Part shown: in pieces, positions 62,035-64,000 of the stretch
Numbering within the stretch: position 1 is the stretch's first letter
How the letters are laid out: each line of letters begins with the position of its first letter
Assembly (NCBI GenBank): GCA_008632985.1
Contig: QPGO01000133.1
Span: forward strand, 62,001 to 126,000
DNA length: 64,000 nucleotides
Direction of reading: 5' to 3'
From: Psammoneis japonica
Taxonomy: Eukaryota
Notes under the pieces: generated by a model
The model's database searches: none
What the model saw: only the letters and a program-made list of their open reading frames with translations
What the model was told of the DNA's origin: nothing
Position numbers and translations under genes: made by a program

Positions 62035-63408
62035 ATGACGAACGGGGAAAGCGGGCAAAGAAATCGGATCATGAATTGGCGTGTGTTGAGGTTTGCGATT
62101 TTGATGATTCTTTGTTATCATTTACTAGACACGAGCGAAAGCCTCTTCCACTCGTTTATTCCAAAGATCGTTGGCGAACCGGAACTGAAAGCATCGCAAG
62201 AAAATTATTTGCTTGCCAGCGATAATGTTCACCAACTGCCAGAGGCTCTTCTACCCGTCACTTTTTCAGGCTGTTGCAGCGGGCACAAATCGGATTGGAA
62301 AGCAACATGCCTCACGGAGAAAGCTTGCAATGCCTCCTATTATCCATTTTCATCCCCGGAAGAGGCGTCTTATTTTCGCAGATTGGAACTAAGCAGAAAC
62401 GAGTCGCTGTCGTTGAGACGAAAATGTCATGAATACGCGGAGAGAAAACCTCCTCCTACGCGGTGGTCGTGTTCGTCAGAGAAATTGCCGGCAGACGAGA
62501 AATATCCGATGGGTTGTAGCATGATCTCCATGGGCGGTGGTTCAGGGCCTTATGACCGTGTTTTGGTATTTCCGCAAGGAAAACTGGCATTTTGTGGGAT
62601 CCCAAAAGCCGGAATCACGCAGTGGCTTCAGTTTCTGCGCTTCACCTATGGCGCAAAGGATTACCTAAGTGTGCCATATTTCAAAGTAGACGTGGACTAT
62701 TCCAGGCTCGACGTTATGACCGAAGAAGCGAAGGACGAAATTTGGAGAGGAAAATCGTGGACGAAGGCTATCTTTATTCGTAACCCGGCTGAACGTTTAT
62801 TGTCTGGGTATCTCGACAAGATTGATCAAGCGAATGTTACCTTCGCAGAGTTCGTCGATATTCTTGCAATGAAGAACATTACCAGACTTGATGAAACGCC
62901 CGGCAAATTGAATGGCATGTTTACTGGGCTGACATGGCTAACTGATCCACACTTTAGACCGCAAGCTTGGGCATGTGGATTGTCTGAGGAATTGGACACG
63001 TTTCATTATGTCGCGTCAATGGACCGTGTCGACTTCCATACGAAGGCATTGCTGCAGCAAGTGAATATGTGGGAGTCCTTTGGAAGACATTATCGTTTGT
63101 CAAGTAAGAAAATAAGTGCAAAAAATGTACCATGGGCAATGTGGCCTCCTGAACTCCAGCAGCAACAAGATGAGGAAGCAGAAATAGGTTTCCAGCAACA
63201 TCAGGTTGGCAAGATTACCGACGCGGCGACAAGGCACAACACTGGTGCAACAAGCAAGATAAATGAATATTATACTCCAGAGCTTATGAAGAGGGTGAGA
63301 GATGTTTATTGGATGGACTTTGCTTTGTGGGACGCACTGCAAGAGGCAGACAAGGAAGGCCTTGTACACGGCAAAGACGTTGCAAAGAAACTGAACCCAA
63401 ATTGTTGA
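62035..63408 (+). CDS. Carbohydrate sulfotransferase (Sulfotransfer_2 type), copy 2, intact
   Basis: Same motifs as copy 1 in one frame. ATG at 62035 (MTNGESGQR) matches the copy 1 start. Confidence 0.9.
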   Translation: MTNGESGQRNRIMNWRVLRFAILMILCYHLLDTSESLFHSFIPKIVGEPELKASQENYLLASDNVHQLPEALLPVTFSGCCSGHKSDWKATCLTEKACNASYYPFSSPEEASYFRRLELSRNESLSLRRKCHEYAERKPPPTRWSCSSEKLPADEKYPMGCSMISMGGGSGPYDRVLVFPQGKLAFCGIPKAGITQWLQFLRFTYGAKDYLSVPYFKVDVDYSRLDVMTEEAKDEIWRGKSWTKAIFIRNPAERLLSGYLDKIDQANVTFAEFVDILAMKNITRLDETPGKLNGMFTGLTWLTDPHFRPQAWACGLSEELDTFHYVASMDRVDFHTKALLQQVNMWESFGRHYRLSSKKISAKNVPWAMWPPELQQQQDEEAEIGFQQHQVGKITDAATRHNTGATSKINEYYTPELMKRVRDVYWMDFALWDALQEADKEGLVHGKDVAKKLNPNC

Positions 63409-64000
63409 ATGCAAGAGTGAACGTTTCGCATTGTTTACTCCTTCGTTTCGCTAGCTTTAATTTACTTGAGGTTGACTCGTTTTCTTTGATCATGCTTTCA
63501 CTGATGTCGACTAAGGCGTTGCTGTTCTTGCAGCTTTAGCCTTGTTTCCAGAACAACAAGAACTGTGCTGCTGTGCCAAGACCAGCTTTCACAAAAGCTG
63601 TGCCGATGTCAAACTGTTGTTGTTTTTACATTGTTTTGTGTCATCGGAGAACATGAAAGTGGTCTTCAAGCAGAGTCTCAAACACTCACTTCTTCAAATG
63701 GCATGGCGTGCATCCCTGAACTCAGCCACGATCAGCACGAAACTCGAAGGGTCCACAAGTCATGCATTTAAAATGACTGATGAAACCTGCAGATGGCACC
63801 CCTGCCAACAACATGAGTTGAGGTAATGTGGCATTGGAAATTCCTCCAATCCCAGCAACACCCATCGGCGCCACCTCAGATTGGGGCATTGGGGCACATT
63901 TTTCTCTCTTTTTCATTTGGCCCTTTTTTGTGGCAAGTTTTTTGTTTTCTGAAACATCTTTTACAGCATGTTGTTTGGATTTGGAAAAAAATGACAGGAG

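Noticed and set aside
1..64000. Classical RIP or plain 5mC deamination as the cause of the TG/CA excess
   Set aside because: RIP increases TpA, and C->T cannot turn Tyr into His/Cys. The Copia region keeps CpG while lacking TA. CpG decay contributes only in the older blocks.
1..64000. tRNA, rRNA, or a deaminase/methyltransferase gene responsible for the pattern
   Set aside because: None recognised by eye.

Overview
Eukaryotic DNA, probably a diatom (inferred from short GT-AG introns, CoDi-like Copia, the gypsy type and the LRR/sulfotransferase families; not proven). Gene islands of normal composition alternate with transposon-rich blocks. Genes: a hypothetical protein, a secreted HYR-repeat/L-type lectin, an LRR pseudogene, a two-pore K+ channel with EF hands, a rhomboid protease, a cytosolic FBPase and two sulfotransferase paralogs. 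Mobile elements: Copia, Gypsy, a DIRS-like tyrosine-recombinase element and a MITE superfamily with 4-bp TSDs. The main signal is that TpA has been almost erased from the TE blocks by TA->TG/CA transitions (A->G on either strand). Conserved Tyr residues become His/Cys, paired LTRs and MITE copies show the direction, and surviving TAs are mostly YTAR. The process spares duplicated host genes but leaks into genes next to TEs. It looks like an inverse of fungal RIP, a candidate adenine-directed genome-defence system. Most short ORFs in the track are by-products of lost TAA/TAG stops. All composition statements are by eye, not computed.
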